This document shows positions 12,954 to 25,800 of a stretch of DNA of 64,000 nucleotides, one piece after another (within the stretch, counting starts at the first letter, position 1; every line of letters starts with the position of its first letter). Below the pieces are notes generated by a model. It saw only the letters and a program-made list of their open reading frames with translations. It had not been told where the DNA came from and did no database searches. The stretch covers positions 81,904,001 to 81,968,000 of the forward strand of contig NC_058368.1 in NCBI RefSeq assembly GCF_018350175.1, read 5' to 3'. Source of the stretch: Felis catus. Taxonomy: Eukaryota. The position numbers were made by a program, and so were the translations under genes.

Positions 12954-14560
12954 GAAATTTGCATTTTAAACGTTCATGAGGCTTTTGCTTTTCCTGCCCA
13001 GCCAGTGAGCTGGGCGATGGGCGGGAGCCCTGCAGGCCTTCAGTGACCAGAGTAACTTGTGTCCGGTTGGGGTCTGCTGTGTTGTGACTGCGACCACAAG
13101 CCCCCACCTTGGCCAACATTTGGGACTTAAGGCCACGAGTGCTGTTTGTTACTTTTTATTTTGTACACACTGTACTAATCTCATGGTATTTAAAATAATT
13201 CCTTAACCAAGGACAGCATCACCTTTTATTACTAGAAACCAGTGTGCCCTTAAGAATAACTTGCATTGTTGCCACAAAGCCAGTGTGAGCACATCCAACC
13301 CATCTGTCCCCCTGTTAGCATTCGGGCTTCGCTCCTCGTGGGCAGATGTGGGGAATAAGCGTGCCTCCTTACAGGAAGGCGTGGAGCTCACGTGGAGCCG
13401 CCGAACGTGGTAAAAGACGCCTTCTCAGCCGGGTCTCTTTTGTGGAACAGACATAGAACCTTCTAGTGTTGGATTTGGGGGGCACTTACTTTGTTCACCA
13501 CTGCCCTTAACACTCCATTAATCAATCTACGTTGACCGTCCCACATGTTTATCGTAAATCAGCACAACATCAACAACACCAAAAGTTCGTTTATGCTCTG
13601 ACATCAAGAGCACGGATTTTCCATTATATTTGAGCAACCCCAGCAGCCACGCCATGACTCAGGACTCCCAGGATGTCACCACGCGCCGCGATGGAGTGCC
13701 CCGGGTCACCGCCAGGGCCCTCGAAAGCCGAGCTCCGAGAGATAAAAGGGGGCACTTTCCATCCACCACTGGCGTTAATCTCATGTCTGCAGAGCGCTTA
13801 GGCCCAGCACAAATCCTGAGACGCTCCCAACCTGGCCTTGTTTTCGTCTGCACCAGTGCACCGAGCGTCAGGCTGAGCTCAGGTCCTGTAAAGACCAGGG
13901 GTCAGGGCGGCTCATGGTTGTGGGGAGGCCTATGGTCTCTGGTGGCTGCCCGGTGACACGGGGTAGGACGTCCAGGAAGAGGAGCATACATGTTAATATG
14001 AACGCAGGAGCAGAGAGCAGACGGGTGGTTCACGGAACCCCGGGCAGTGGCCACAGAGGCAGATGGGGGTTCGGTCCAGGATCTTGACTCCAACCAGAGA
14101 CACAGGACTTCAAGCGGCTGTGTGTGTGGCAGTGGGGTGGGGTAGGGTGGGAAGCAGAACCTGGGACAGTGCAGGCCACAGAAGCGAGGCTCTGAGCCAC
14201 GGTGGTAGCATAGGTGCCACTGGGCAAAGTGCTGGGAGGAGGGACAGGGCTTGAGTGTTTTATGGGGGACAGAGGAGAAGCCATTGAAGGAGACAGACGT
14301 CAGAGGAGGTGAGATGAGGTGAGGGAGCCCTGCTGTAGCCCCCAAAATGCCCGTGACAGCAGGGACGTGGGTCTGAAGGGCAGCAGGCCATCCTCACTGG
14401 TGAGTCACAAACACCTCACGAATGGCTTCAAGTCGGAAGGTGCGTTGGCTCTGCCGGAGATCTTTGCCTTAGCAGGAGCAGGGGCCAGGTGAGGACAGTG
14501 GGGAGCACGGGCCATCAGCCTGTGCGCAAGTCTCATGCCTCTGAATAAAAATAGACACGT

Positions 14561-14770
14561 GGGGCGCCTGGGTGGCTCAGTCAGTTGTGCGTCCGACTTC
14601 AGCTCAGGTCATGATCAGGTCCGTGAGTTTGAGCCCCGCATCAGGCTCTGTGCTGATGGCTCGGAGCCTGGAACCTGTTAGGATTCTGTGTCTCCCTCTC
14701 TCTCTGCCCCTCCCCCATTCATGCTCTCTTTCTGTCTCAAAAATAAATAAACGTTAAAAAAAATTTAAAA
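14561..14770 (+). mobile_element. CAN-SINE (SINEC_Fc-like)
   Basis: GGGGCGCCTGGGTGGCTCAG tRNA-derived head, (CT)n, AATAAA and A tail; degenerate TSD taaaaatagacacg/taaaaatacacatg. Confidence 0.95.
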
Positions 14771-14799
14771 ATACACATGAAACACAGAACAGCAACAGA

Positions 14800-14950
14800 G
14801 ACATGGCTTCACTGACATAGAAAAGGGAGTGTGATGTGGCCACGGGGAGGCCTGGCGTGGCCAGCAGGGGCACTAGGCCCACGGGTCTCTGCACTGCTTC
14901 CCACGACTGTGTGTGGGTCTACCATGATCTCCAAGTAAAAGCCTAATTTA
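14800..14950 (+). mobile_element. Ancient L1M 3'-end fragment
   Basis: ggtctctgcactgcttcccacgactgtgtgtgggtctaccatgatctccaagtaaaag resembles the L1MC/MD terminus. Confidence 0.45.
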
Positions 14951-17900
14951 ACAGAGATAAGAGACCTTTGGGAGCTTCTGATCTGGGGCTGGCCTCCATC
15001 TGTCCATCCCTGCTGTGGGAAGCCTCGGGAATTCCGCTTCCCCCAGTCCACCACTTGCCCCTTCCCGGGCACCTGTCTGTTGGACCACGGCTATTTTGTG
15101 CCTCATGGTTGTCTGAAAGTAAAAGGGGACCTCAGATTTCTGGAATGAAACAAGGACCCTCCGGGATGATTAACCACTTCTAGAAGCCTCGGAGGGAGGT
15201 TCTGGATGTGATAGGTCCTTCAATCCTGCCTGGGAATGCAGTCTCCCGAGAAGCTGCTGGGTGCCCACACTCGGGACCCTGCACAGGGTCAGGGGCCTCT
15301 GCTTAGCATCCCAGAAAGATAAACTGGCCGGGTTGAAACAGTGACAGCACAGGGACGAAGTCTGGGGTCAAGACTGGGATGGTCTTTCAAGGGTTGAACC
15401 GAGTCTATGAAGAAAGTAGAGTTAACCATCAGTGGAGTGCAACCCAGAGAGAGAAAACAGGGATATGAGCGGGGGCTTGGGCTGAAAACAGGAGTCATGG
15501 CCCTGACTATAACCAGCTGCAGGGCTCCAGGGTGTCCAGGGAACGCTGGGAAATGCAAGAGTCCCTGCAGCCTGAGGTGGCTAGACCCCTCGGATGGGTC
15601 CTGGACCCCCCTGCCACCTCCCTTCCCGGCAGGTGCAGGGACGTGCCGGCAGGGACAACTGTGTCAGGTCTGGTGGGTGTGCCTGCGGCCAGAACCCTCC
15701 CTGCCATGGTTCCAGACATCCTTCCGTCCACCCGTCTGCCCGAGGAGCGGCTCGACTTGTCCCACTGCTTGGGGATGTGGGACCCTAGGCCAGAACCCCC
15801 ACCACACCCTTTGTCTCAGGACGAGGTCAGGCCTCTGAACAGGTCTCTGTTCTCTGGGGCGCCTCTGCCAGGGCCCGGGGGCAGCTGCTCCCCCACACTG
15901 TGCGGACAGCCCGCTCCATCTGGGTCCAGCTGGCATGGGCCCCTGAGCCTTGGCGCCATCTGGAGCCCGCAGGCCTCGTTCCTCGCTGTGTGCTGAGGCA
16001 GAGGCTCAGTCTTCCCATCCACAAGGTGGGAGCGACGGTGCAGGGCCCCTGCAGTTTGCCCAAGGCCAGTCTCAGGGATGCCCAGCCCCCGTCTTCTGTC
16101 TTCATGCCACTCAGTGTCGGCTGCCCTGGGTGGGTGGGGGGGGGCCTGCCTGCTCCTGGGGTGAAGGGTGGGGTCCCCGCACCTGGCGCTTGGTGCTTCA
16201 GTCTCCCTGCTAACTGCTAACTGCAGCTCCATGGAGAGAAGACCGCTGGCAATCCAGGGGCAGAGCCCAGGGCCAGGCTCGGGGACCACCACACCCTGTC
16301 CTTGTCACTGTCCCCTGTCAGAGCGCAGGCCACCTGTTTTGTTTAAGACTCTGACCTTAATGACTCATCCCTCCAGGTCATTGCAGGGCTGCAGCCAGCT
16401 GCCAGCAGCCCCACCCCGGGCCCCACCTATGACCCCAGGAGGGAGAACAGGAGGTGGGGGGTGGGAGGAACTCTGAGCCCACAGCCCATCACAGGCATCT
16501 TGGCTCAGACCCTAGCGGCCTTCCCATGCCCTGGCGGTGGGGCTGCTGGGATGCAGGATGGGGTCCGGGGAGGCCGCACCCTGTCTGTCACCTGGGACAG
16601 GTGGGCAGCAGCAGAGGTGCTGGTGCTGGAACACGGGGCTGGTGACCCCCGAGGCGGCAGACACGGCCCACGGCCCCTGCTATCCTGGGCACTCCCTGAG
16701 TGACCGAGGCAGCTCCAGGTCTCGGGTGTGCCCCCAGACCCAGCCACACAGTGCAGGCTCCTGTCCTGTCTGCACACCCAGACCCCTACCCTGGCCCTCT
16801 TCCCGAGGAACCTCTGAGCCCCGGGCCGTGCCTCCCTCCTCCCTCTCCGGGTGTCCCTCCTGAGGGGCCCTTGATGCCATATCCGTCCCTCCACGTGCTG
16901 TCTCATGTCTGGTCCGGACCCCTTCCTCAGATGCAGATGCTATACCTATGGGTGCAGGCCCCTTGGCGCCCGCCCCGAGCCTCCAGTGGGCGCCAACACC
17001 TGGGTGCAGCAGCCCTAGGTCCTGGCTCCTGTGGGCGAGGCCTGGCCTGCCTCTCAGCTGCTCCTGCCTCTCCCACCGCCCCCACGAAACTCAGGCTCAG
17101 CCTGTCAGACATGCCTGGCCCCACTCCTGTGTACCACGGGGTCACCTACCAAGCCCCTCCACAGAGCAGCCTGACCCCAGCTCGGTGGCCGGGTTGGAAT
17201 CCAGAACTCCCTTTGGGAGCCTCGGTGGGTCCCGAGCCCCCGGCCATCATGGTCCAGAGTGTGTCAGTCACCTCTGTGCACCCTCCGACCTCTGGCACAC
17301 ACCACACACCACCTGTGTCCTCCTGATGGTGGGGGGACACGGCTGCCTTTCCTGTCTGGGGTGGGAAGCACTGAGTCAGGCGGGCGGTGCCCTGAGCCGC
17401 CATCTGAATGCCGCACGCCCTCCACCCGACACCCCCAGCTCCCCGGGGCGAGGCCGACTTGCTCCCAGACCCACGGGCGTCTCGTGGAAGGACTCGCCCT
17501 GACGGTGTCCATGCCTACGGTGGCATTTTAATCAACCTGAGGCTCCAGCTGTGTTTGTGTGTACCCGGCCCCAGCGCCCGCCCGGATTTATTAGGTGTGT
17601 GGAGAGAAGTTGTTGATCCAGGAGGAGGAGGACGAGGCTCCCGCCAGCTCACCCCAGGTCACAGCCTGTGCCCTCGAGAGGGGAGCGATGGCACCTGGGT
17701 CCCAGGCCACGCCTGGACGAGGGGAAGCCCACGGCAGATGTGATGATGGCTGTGGCTCGTGGGTTTGTTTTTCCAATGAGCCAAAGAGAGCCTTCCAGTT
17801 CAGCTTGAGGAGACCGGGCAGGGGGCCACTGGGCACCTGGTGTTGGCTCCAGGACCTTCAGGGGGTGGAGTCCAAGCCAGGGCACCCGGTGCTCACTGGC

Positions 17901-20900
17901 GACCCCCTCTGGGCCTGACAGAAGTGCAGTGAAGTGTGAGACTGGTGTATAAGAGGAAGGGCAGCTGAGGGCCGCATCAGGGTGGGGTGCCCGCGTGCCT
18001 GATGGGGCTTCGCTGTCCTCAGCTGACGGGGTTACCAGAGCCGGTTTGAAGTCAGAAGGAAGGGCAGCCTGAGAGAAAGAGGGAGGAACAGTTGGGGGGT
18101 GCCCAGGACAGCACCATCGCAGGAGAAGCAGCGGGTTCGAGGGCAAGAAGGACAGGGATAGAAGGATCCAGCCGAGCCAAAGGAGGGCAGGGGGTTAGGA
18201 AGGCAGGAGGGGGGCTCCAGAAGGGGATGGGAGAAGGGCTGGGGGCTGGGGGCTGGGGGGAGGGGCCTCAGGAGGAAGACAGTAGCCTGAGTACACAGCA
18301 GCCATGGTGTCCAGCTTCCCCGGCTGCCCCAGTGGAGCAGACACCTGCCTGCCTGGGTTGCTGTGGTGACGAGACAAGGCAGGTAGTGAGGGAGGTGCTG
18401 TGCTCTGGATGCAGGAAGCAGCGCCGCCCCCCCCCCCCCCCCCGCCGGCATCTGGCAGAAACTGGCGGGAGCCACTCTTTGGCCCTGTTCCCTGCACCGT
18501 TGCTGGAACGTGTATTAAGGTCATGCAGATGCACCTGTAAGGTTAAAGGGACAAGGGTTTGCCCACAAGGAGACTGCTCCGTGCCAGGCTTAGCTTTTCC
18601 TGCACCCCTGGATGGGGAAGGAGTGACGCCTGCACGGACCAGTCAGGCGCAACTGCGGAAGGACCGTGAGCGCTGGGCCCACTGGTCCTCCACACTTGTG
18701 TTTCAAGTGTGTGTCGCCTACTCTGGGTGCCAAACGTTACAGATTCTGACTGATCCCGTTGCATTTCCACACATAAACCAGCACATCCTGTTCGTGGTGA
18801 CGTACAGTGTCCATCACTCACCTGAGGCTGAGGAGGGAGAGACGGGCCTCCCTGTCCCCAGGCTTCTCCCCGAGGAAGGGGCACAGAGGACCTGGCCCCA
18901 GGAGCCCTCCAGGGAAGACAACGTCGCAGTCGGGCATGTTGCACAGGAAACAGCACAACCTGCCCGGTGAGGCCGCTCACACCCGCCCCATCCAGTTTGC
19001 CCCCACCCTCCTGGATTGGCCACGGTCTCTGCCACAGGGATCCTCCCTCCTCCCCTGACCTGCGAGCGCTGTGGGGTGGAACCACATAAGGTTGCCTTTG
19101 TTGTTGGTCAGAAAGAGGTGAATACTTGCAAAATCGTCTGGCCCTTGCGTCCTGAGGGGAAACCTGTGCCCGACAACGGGCTCTGTGTGCACAGCTCTGT
19201 CCCCAGGCACCCACTGGCCTGCGGTGGCTTCACCACCTGTCACACAGAGGAAAACATGGAGTGGGCTCTGGGACTCTACCCGTTTTTGAGAAAAGTGACT
19301 AATACTTGTCATCACCCAATCAGGGTTGATGTCCACAAACCCCTGGCAATGCATCCCAGGGCCAGGCCCCCGCCCCAGGCCATCCTCGGAGGCTCTCAGG
19401 GCCACAGCCACTGAGCCAGTTCCCAGCTGGCCTCTGGCCCTGGAGACTGGGCAGAAATGCCTGCCTGGCCTCTGGTCCCTATGCCCCTGCCCTGGAAGGC
19501 TGGCTCCCCACAGGGTCCCCCAGAGAACACAGCTCTGGGTGCAGGTGAAGGCAGAGGCAGAACCACCAGATCCTGGCTGTTCCTGGTGAGCCTGGTGGGG
19601 CCACAGAGGGAGGAGTAGTGGTTCGAGGTGGAGACTGTGGCCAAGAGCCAGGGGCGGGAACTGTGGTGAGCGAGGGGGGCAGTGACCCCGCCACGGGGCG
19701 CACATGCCTCCTGGAAGCCAAAACTCCACCCTCGGCCTCCAGGGCGGCGGCAGGCTGGCATGGACAAGGTGACGCACAGAAACCGCCCACACGGCTGTCG
19801 CCTCCACGCCCTCATCACCGGTCCACGCGCCCACCTGTGACCACAGCCACTTAACACGCATGTGCCGGGCCTCTGTGGGCACTGGACGAGCAGCGGGAGG
19901 TGAAGTAAGGGAGCTCACCTGGGGGCCGGGCCTCGGGTCAGAGCAGGTGTGAGCGCTTGGGATGCAGGCCATGAGGGCAGGATGGGGCGGGTATGAGCAC
20001 CCGGGGGACATGGGGCCGCAGGGCAAGACGGCGGGTCACCATTCAGGGTGGGTGGGTGAGGGGTGCCCTCAGAGGAGGACGCATTTGGGGAAAAACTCAA
20101 AGCCGGCAACGGACCAACTCTGTGGGTGTTTGGGGCAGAGAGTCCAGCCCAGCCCAGTACTGATTTGGGATTGGTCCTGGCCCTCACGGACAGTGGCCAG
20201 GGCTGGGGAAGTAGCTTGCGTACCACGACCCACCTCCGAGCGCTGTCACTTTCCATCCCCATGCCTGCCAGAGCAGCTGGCACACATTTCTGGGATGAAC
20301 GAATCACGGGTCTGCAGAGGGAAGACGTTCCACCAACAGCTGCCTCTGAATGCTGTGTCCTGGTTCCAAAGGGACCCGTCTTAGAGCATGTGCTCGCTTT
20401 ACGTGAGCCTCAGGACCAGCATTCCGCATGCTTGGCAGAGGCACGGGGTGGGGGATTGCTAGGACCCCGCCTGGAGAGTAAACCAAGAAAACAGGTGCCG
20501 TCACAGGTGTGGCCACACACGTGTCCTGAGAACAGTGGCAGGCCTGGAGGGTAGACTGTGGACTTGGTCGGTCGTGAGTCCAATGGTCAGGAGTTGGGGT
20601 GGACCTCGGCTGGCTCCGGGCAGCCGTTCTCTCCGACAGGGTGGGAGAAAGGAGGTGGGTGAGCCCAGGGACAGCTATGTGTCCCAGGGTGCAAGACCCT
20701 GCTCTTGCCAGGGCCTGGCCCAGCAGGGTGTGGGGAACACTAGGACGGATGCGGGCAAGCATCCTGGGTACAGACAGCCCCTAGCCGAGGTCACACCCCC
20801 ATGGCTGCTGCCCTCCTGAGAGCACAGCCAGCTGCTGGTGGCACTGAGTGCCCACCGTGGGCCCAGAGGCTGAGGCCTAGGCCACAAGAGCCTGCTGTGG

Positions 20901-21949
20901 CACCAAAGTGGGGGCATGGGGAGGGAGAAGCATCCCTGGAGCCCCTCGCCCCTCCACGTGGCCCTGTCCTCCTCCTGCATAAGTGCCACGTCCCTCCTGG
21001 TGGCTGAGCGTCGGGTCTGACACCTTCTTTCTCAGCCCTCCTGTTTGGTTGCCGGTTACTTGCTGGGCACAGCCTCCCTGCATGCTGGACTTCAGGGTGT
21101 CCCGCCCAGGCCTGCCCAGCGCTGCAAGGAAGCCGCACCAGGGCCCCGGACAGAGCTAATCCGGCCATGCCGCTGGGGACCCCGGCTAGGGTGATGCCGG
21201 TGAGGGCGGCCGCAGAGGAGGCTGGATGGGCTCGGCTCGGAGGAGGCCGGCCCACCGTGCCAGGGGCTTGCACCCTGGTCTGCCTGAATGTCCCCCCACC
21301 CTGTCTCTCGGCCAACGCATTAAGCATCAGCGGGGGAGGCTGGGGAGCAGGAAGGAGGGGATTGGAATTGTCCAGCAAAGACCAGGTCAGTCTGGTCACA
21401 TGACAGGAGGGAAGGGGGCGGGTGTGGAACGGGTGCCGGCAGCTGCCAGTGCAGTGACGGTGCCCCAGTAGCGTGACCCTGCGGCCCCTGGGGCCCCGGC
21501 TGGTGGGAAAGCGAGTCTGTGACATTACGTTCCAAGGGAGGTTGTGGGGGTACACCCTGCAAATGCCCTGAAGGCTTCTGCCAGAGCTGGTTCCTATCAC
21601 AAGGCCCCAAACCAGCCCTGCTCCAGCCTGAAGACCCTGCTCCCCAGGGCTGGGGGGCTCCTTGGGCCCCTCCCCTCTTCCTGCCCACAGCCTGGTCCTC
21701 AGACATGGCCTCCTGTCACCTCGGAGCTCATTAGCACCAGGCTGGTTGCACCTCCAGCCAGAACCAAACCCACATTTTAACGAGCTCCCCAAGGGCCCCC
21801 CTCCCCGTTATATTTTCCATGTTCTTAGCCCCTGGGGGCGTCTGAGATCTCACCTGCTCAGGACCTGTTCACACACGTGAACATCCGTGCACACACACAG
21901 CTCTCCAAGGAGCGGGGGACCAACTGGACAGACAGACTTGGGCAGGCGA

Positions 21950-22800
21950 GGTGCCCCCCCACCAAGGCCTGGAGGTGCAGACCCTGCCCCGCCCACGGGC
22001 TGGGGGCCGACTTAGGCGGGTGTGGGGCCCCCGCAGGGAGGGTGCTGACGGGCGGCAGGGAGGGAGCCAGGGCCGCAGGAGGCTTTCGAGGGGGCTGGGC
22101 AGTTCCTGGCTGCGGGCACTTCTAGCAAGCTGCGCGCTGCTGGGGAGCCGGCACCAAGGCCCTGGGGGGCAGGCCGACTGGTGGCCCCAAAATGGAGCCT
22201 TGCTGCCTTCCTTTGTGCGCCCAGGACGGGCGTTCCGGGAGGCAGGCCGCCGCCTCCTGACGCACGTTGGTGGCGACAGCATGACCTTAAGCCGTATCTC
22301 CCTGCTGTCGCAGGACATCTCCGGGCTGTGGCTCCTCCTGAAGACCAGCACAGGTGCGTCTGGGCTGTGAGCTGGCGCTAGCTGGGGGAGGTAGGGGGAG
22401 AGGCCAGGCCTTCTGCAGAGCCAGCGGCTGGGGGTGGGGGCGTAAGTGGGGTCCAGGCTGGGGCGGAGCCAGTGCAGCTGGGAAGGGAGCTCTGGGGGCG
22501 GGGCGGGGGGGGGTTGTCAGGTGCCGCTGTGGGTTTGGAGCCTCAGCCACTGCTCTCCTGCCCTTCTCTCCCTGCCGGGTGTCCCTTTGGAGCCGCGAGG
22601 GCTCCGCCGGCTCACCCTGGAAGCTGGAGAGATGGTCCCGAGCCTCTTTGTTCACGCTTTCCTGTGGACACGCCTGTGCACACGCGGGAGCCCCAGGGCT
22701 TGGGGGGGGGGGGGGGACAGGGCCGCTCCCCTGGAGGCTCTCCCGTGGTGGCCCCAGCCTGTGATGGTGCGCGGCCGCCCTGGCTCTGCGTGGCCCTTTC
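21950..22800. promoter_or_regulatory. CpG-island-like alternative promoter around the 22281 exon
   Basis: High GC and CpG with several GC boxes (CCCCGCCC, GGGGCGGAG, GGGGCGGGGCGGGG). Confidence 0.6.
22281..22353 (+). CDS. MCF2L: Alternative first coding exon of MCF2L: MTLSRISLLSQDISGLWLLLKTST(D)
   Basis: ATG in good context (agcATGa), 24 codons + 1 nt, donor CAG|gtgcgt; phase 1 joins the AT at 34379 to make Asp. Resembles a recalled human isoform N-terminus (MTVRRLSLLCRDLWALWLLLK...). CpG-rich surroundings. Confidence 0.82.
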
Positions 22801-25800
22801 TCGTCGCACCTGCTCCCGTCAGGGTCACAGGGTTGGCACTTCTGAGACCTGCTGAGGTCCTGAGATCCCCGAGAACAAAGACCCTGGGGAAGGGCCCTGG
22901 GTGGCATGGCCACGTCTCCTTGTTGCTGTCCTGAGGACAGAAGAGTGCTCATCCTGAAGTAATTTGTCATGAGCACATTTTCAGGCAGGTTCTTCTGACA
23001 AAGAGGGACAAAGAATTCATCAGCTGTTTATGGAAATTTAATGAATCAGTCAAATCTTGGCTTGTCAGCGGCAACCGGTAAACATTTGAAGTTTCCAGCT
23101 TTATGACGAACACCCTGAGTGTGTGGTGAATGGCTGAGGCCAAGAACGTCCCTGACCCCCAGGACTCGGGCCTCCAACCGCCCAGGCAGCCGTGCGGGAA
23201 GGGTTATGGCTCACGCGTACACGCGGCAGCAGGTGCTGAGCGTGTGGGGAGTCGCCTTTGACTGGGGGCCTCGGCGAGGAGGCCGCAGTCCTGGGGGGGA
23301 CGCCGTGTGGGACGCAGCTTGGCTGTGAGCACTCTTGGGGCGCTTGACATGCGTTCTGTCCCCGGAGCCGCCCCAGTGTGGCCTCGCCGGCCACCCCAGA
23401 CATCCCCTCGTTTTCCTAACTAGGGTCTAGTTCTGATTCTTGGAACTTTCTCTCAGAATCCTCAGGGCTGCTCGGACGTGCTGCATTTGTGAGCACGCGG
23501 GTGGGGCAGGAGCGCCCCAGGCACCTGGCCTGTTGTGACTGAGGGCTGCCCCGTCCCTCCTGTCTCGGTTTCTATGGACCATTTGCTGTTTCCCCAAAAC
23601 GAAGGTGCTTGTTGCCCGAGGGAGCAGCTGTTGGTGCGTGGCGGTCCATCCTTGTCCCGTGGTGGCTGTGGGCACAGTTCCTGAGGCCACACTCCTCCAG
23701 CCCCAGGTCACTGCATGCTAGCTTGGATGGGCGCCTGCTGTTTACCATCTCCCCTCACGTCTGCTCAGGGGAGGCTGGTACTGTCCTGAGTCTACAGGAG
23801 ACCACGGGGGAGGCCATGGCGTGTCCGGTGTCCCAAGGTGACATAGCTGTCACAGATCAGGCGCCTCCTGACCTGCCGTCATGACAGCGGTTTCATGACC
23901 CCTCCCTGCCAAAGCCTGACCCGCCCCCACCTCTCCGTCCCTCCGTCTCCACCCCTGCCTCCCAGATGCTGTCCCGTGTGTGTGTCCAGTGGGGAGGTGG
24001 GGAGGGGCTCCCAGTGGGCCAGCACCTGGAGCACCTGTGCCCTGCTCTGCTGGCCCGGCTGGAGAGAGGCAGCACCCGTCCCAAAGGCCATCCTGGTGGA
24101 GCCCCAGGGACACGAGACATGCGCCCTCCCATCCACGCCGCCCCGGCCCGCCTGCTCCTGTTTGTTGAGGACGTGTCTTCCGTGAAGCATAAAGCAACTT
24201 CCTATTTGCTTTTAGATTCGGAATTCTTGGTACTTAGAAGGTGGGTGTGGGATTGGGGAGGGCCAGGCCAGGAGCCGCAGGAGGCTCAGCCCAAAGCCAG
24301 AGGGAGGGTGGCTAGTGGGCTGTCACACACTCCGCTCTGGGACTGACCCTAAGTCAAGGCTTCTGAAGAGTGGGAGACGGTGGTCTGACTCCGTGGATGC
24401 GCACGGCTGGCTGTTGGACACATGTGAGGTGGCGCCTCTTCCTCCGCCTCCGCCCCCCCCCCGTCCTCCCCAGCCCTGGACGCTCGCTCAGATCCTCAGG
24501 CATCAGCCCATTCGGCCCCTGAGGCCGGTCCACACAACACCCCTCTCCCAGGACACTGTTCCAGGAGCTCGCTGGGCTCAGGGTTCCTGGGGCCCCGGGC
24601 GCTGGGTCTGCCTCGATGGAATAATCCCAGCCAAAGATGGCTACTGCCCTGTCCTGGGGCCCTGTCCTGGGGCCCCGTCCAGGCCACATGAGCAGATTCC
24701 TCTGAGGACTTAGTGTAGTCCTGGGACAGCGTGCAGTGCTCACCCTCAGGAACGTTGCTAATAACAGGTCCACAACATCTCATGTCGAGGCACCAGTGAG
24801 GGTCCACGGTGTCCGGTGCTGAGGCAACAGTGAGGGTCCTCCCCTTCGATGTAGGAGCTCGCAGGGCGGCTGTCAGCGAGCTCCGGGAGGGGTTGGCTCT
24901 CTGTCCATGGCACCTGTCCCCAGTCAGCCCTGCTTTGGGCTAGCTTGGCTGATGCCTGGCAGGTCTCGTAAGCTTTCCTCACCCATCAGCCTGTCCTTGC
25001 CCCGAAGACTGACCATGTGGTGTGTTACACTGAGACACCCACGTGGCCACGAGGCCTCCTCGCTGGGCCTGCCACGGCTGCCCCACCTCTGGCCTGAGGG
25101 CATGTCCGGTGATGCTTCCAGTTCGGCAAGGCCCTTGCCATCCCTGCTCTGTGGTCCCCTGGGCCTGGCCACGCGCTGTGGGGTTGGGGACCAGCTCCCA
25201 ACAGGCTCCCAGGTGCACCGAGTCCTGATTTTGTCCGGGGCTTCACTGTGGCACTTGTGTGGAATCCAGTGGCTTCACAAGCAAACAACACTCTCAGTTC
25301 TATGGTTTTCTCCCTCTTTCTCGACATTTGCACCTTAAAATCTGGTGCCAATTACGTCCCCATTGGGTTTCTGATCTGCCCACAGAGCGTGACCAGGAGG
25401 CCCTGTAACACTCCTTTCAAGCCTCCCTTGGCCTGAGGCTTGTTTGCGGGGACCAAGCAGGGGGGTAACGCTCAGCCTCCCAAGCCCCTTGACGGGCTTT
25501 GCCCTGGCCATGCGGCAGCAGCATGGGACCAGCGGTGAGCCCACTCTCCTGCCCCTGCCTACGGGTGAGGACAGCCTCCCACCTGGTTCCCAGCTCTGTG
25601 GGACATGAACTCCGTGAACATTCCGGGTCCCATCGCTGGTTTCCAAACCCTCACAAGTGCACGCTTTGCCGCAGAGCCAGGGGGCAGTGCAGCCCTCCCT
25701 GGAATTAAACACAAGTGTGACCCTTGGATTCACAGGGATTTCAAATTCAGGAAAGTTGAAAGGGAGTTCCTTTCTGATGGTTATCTGTGGCGGGTGGGCG

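Noticed and set aside
12088..13046. Reverse-transcriptase ORFs as a functional gene
   Set aside because: Truncated, frameshifted L1 ORF2 without endonuclease, ORF1 or promoter.
14561..14640. tRNA genes at SINE heads
   Set aside because: tRNA-derived A/B boxes belong to CAN-SINEs and are followed by (CT)n and A tails.
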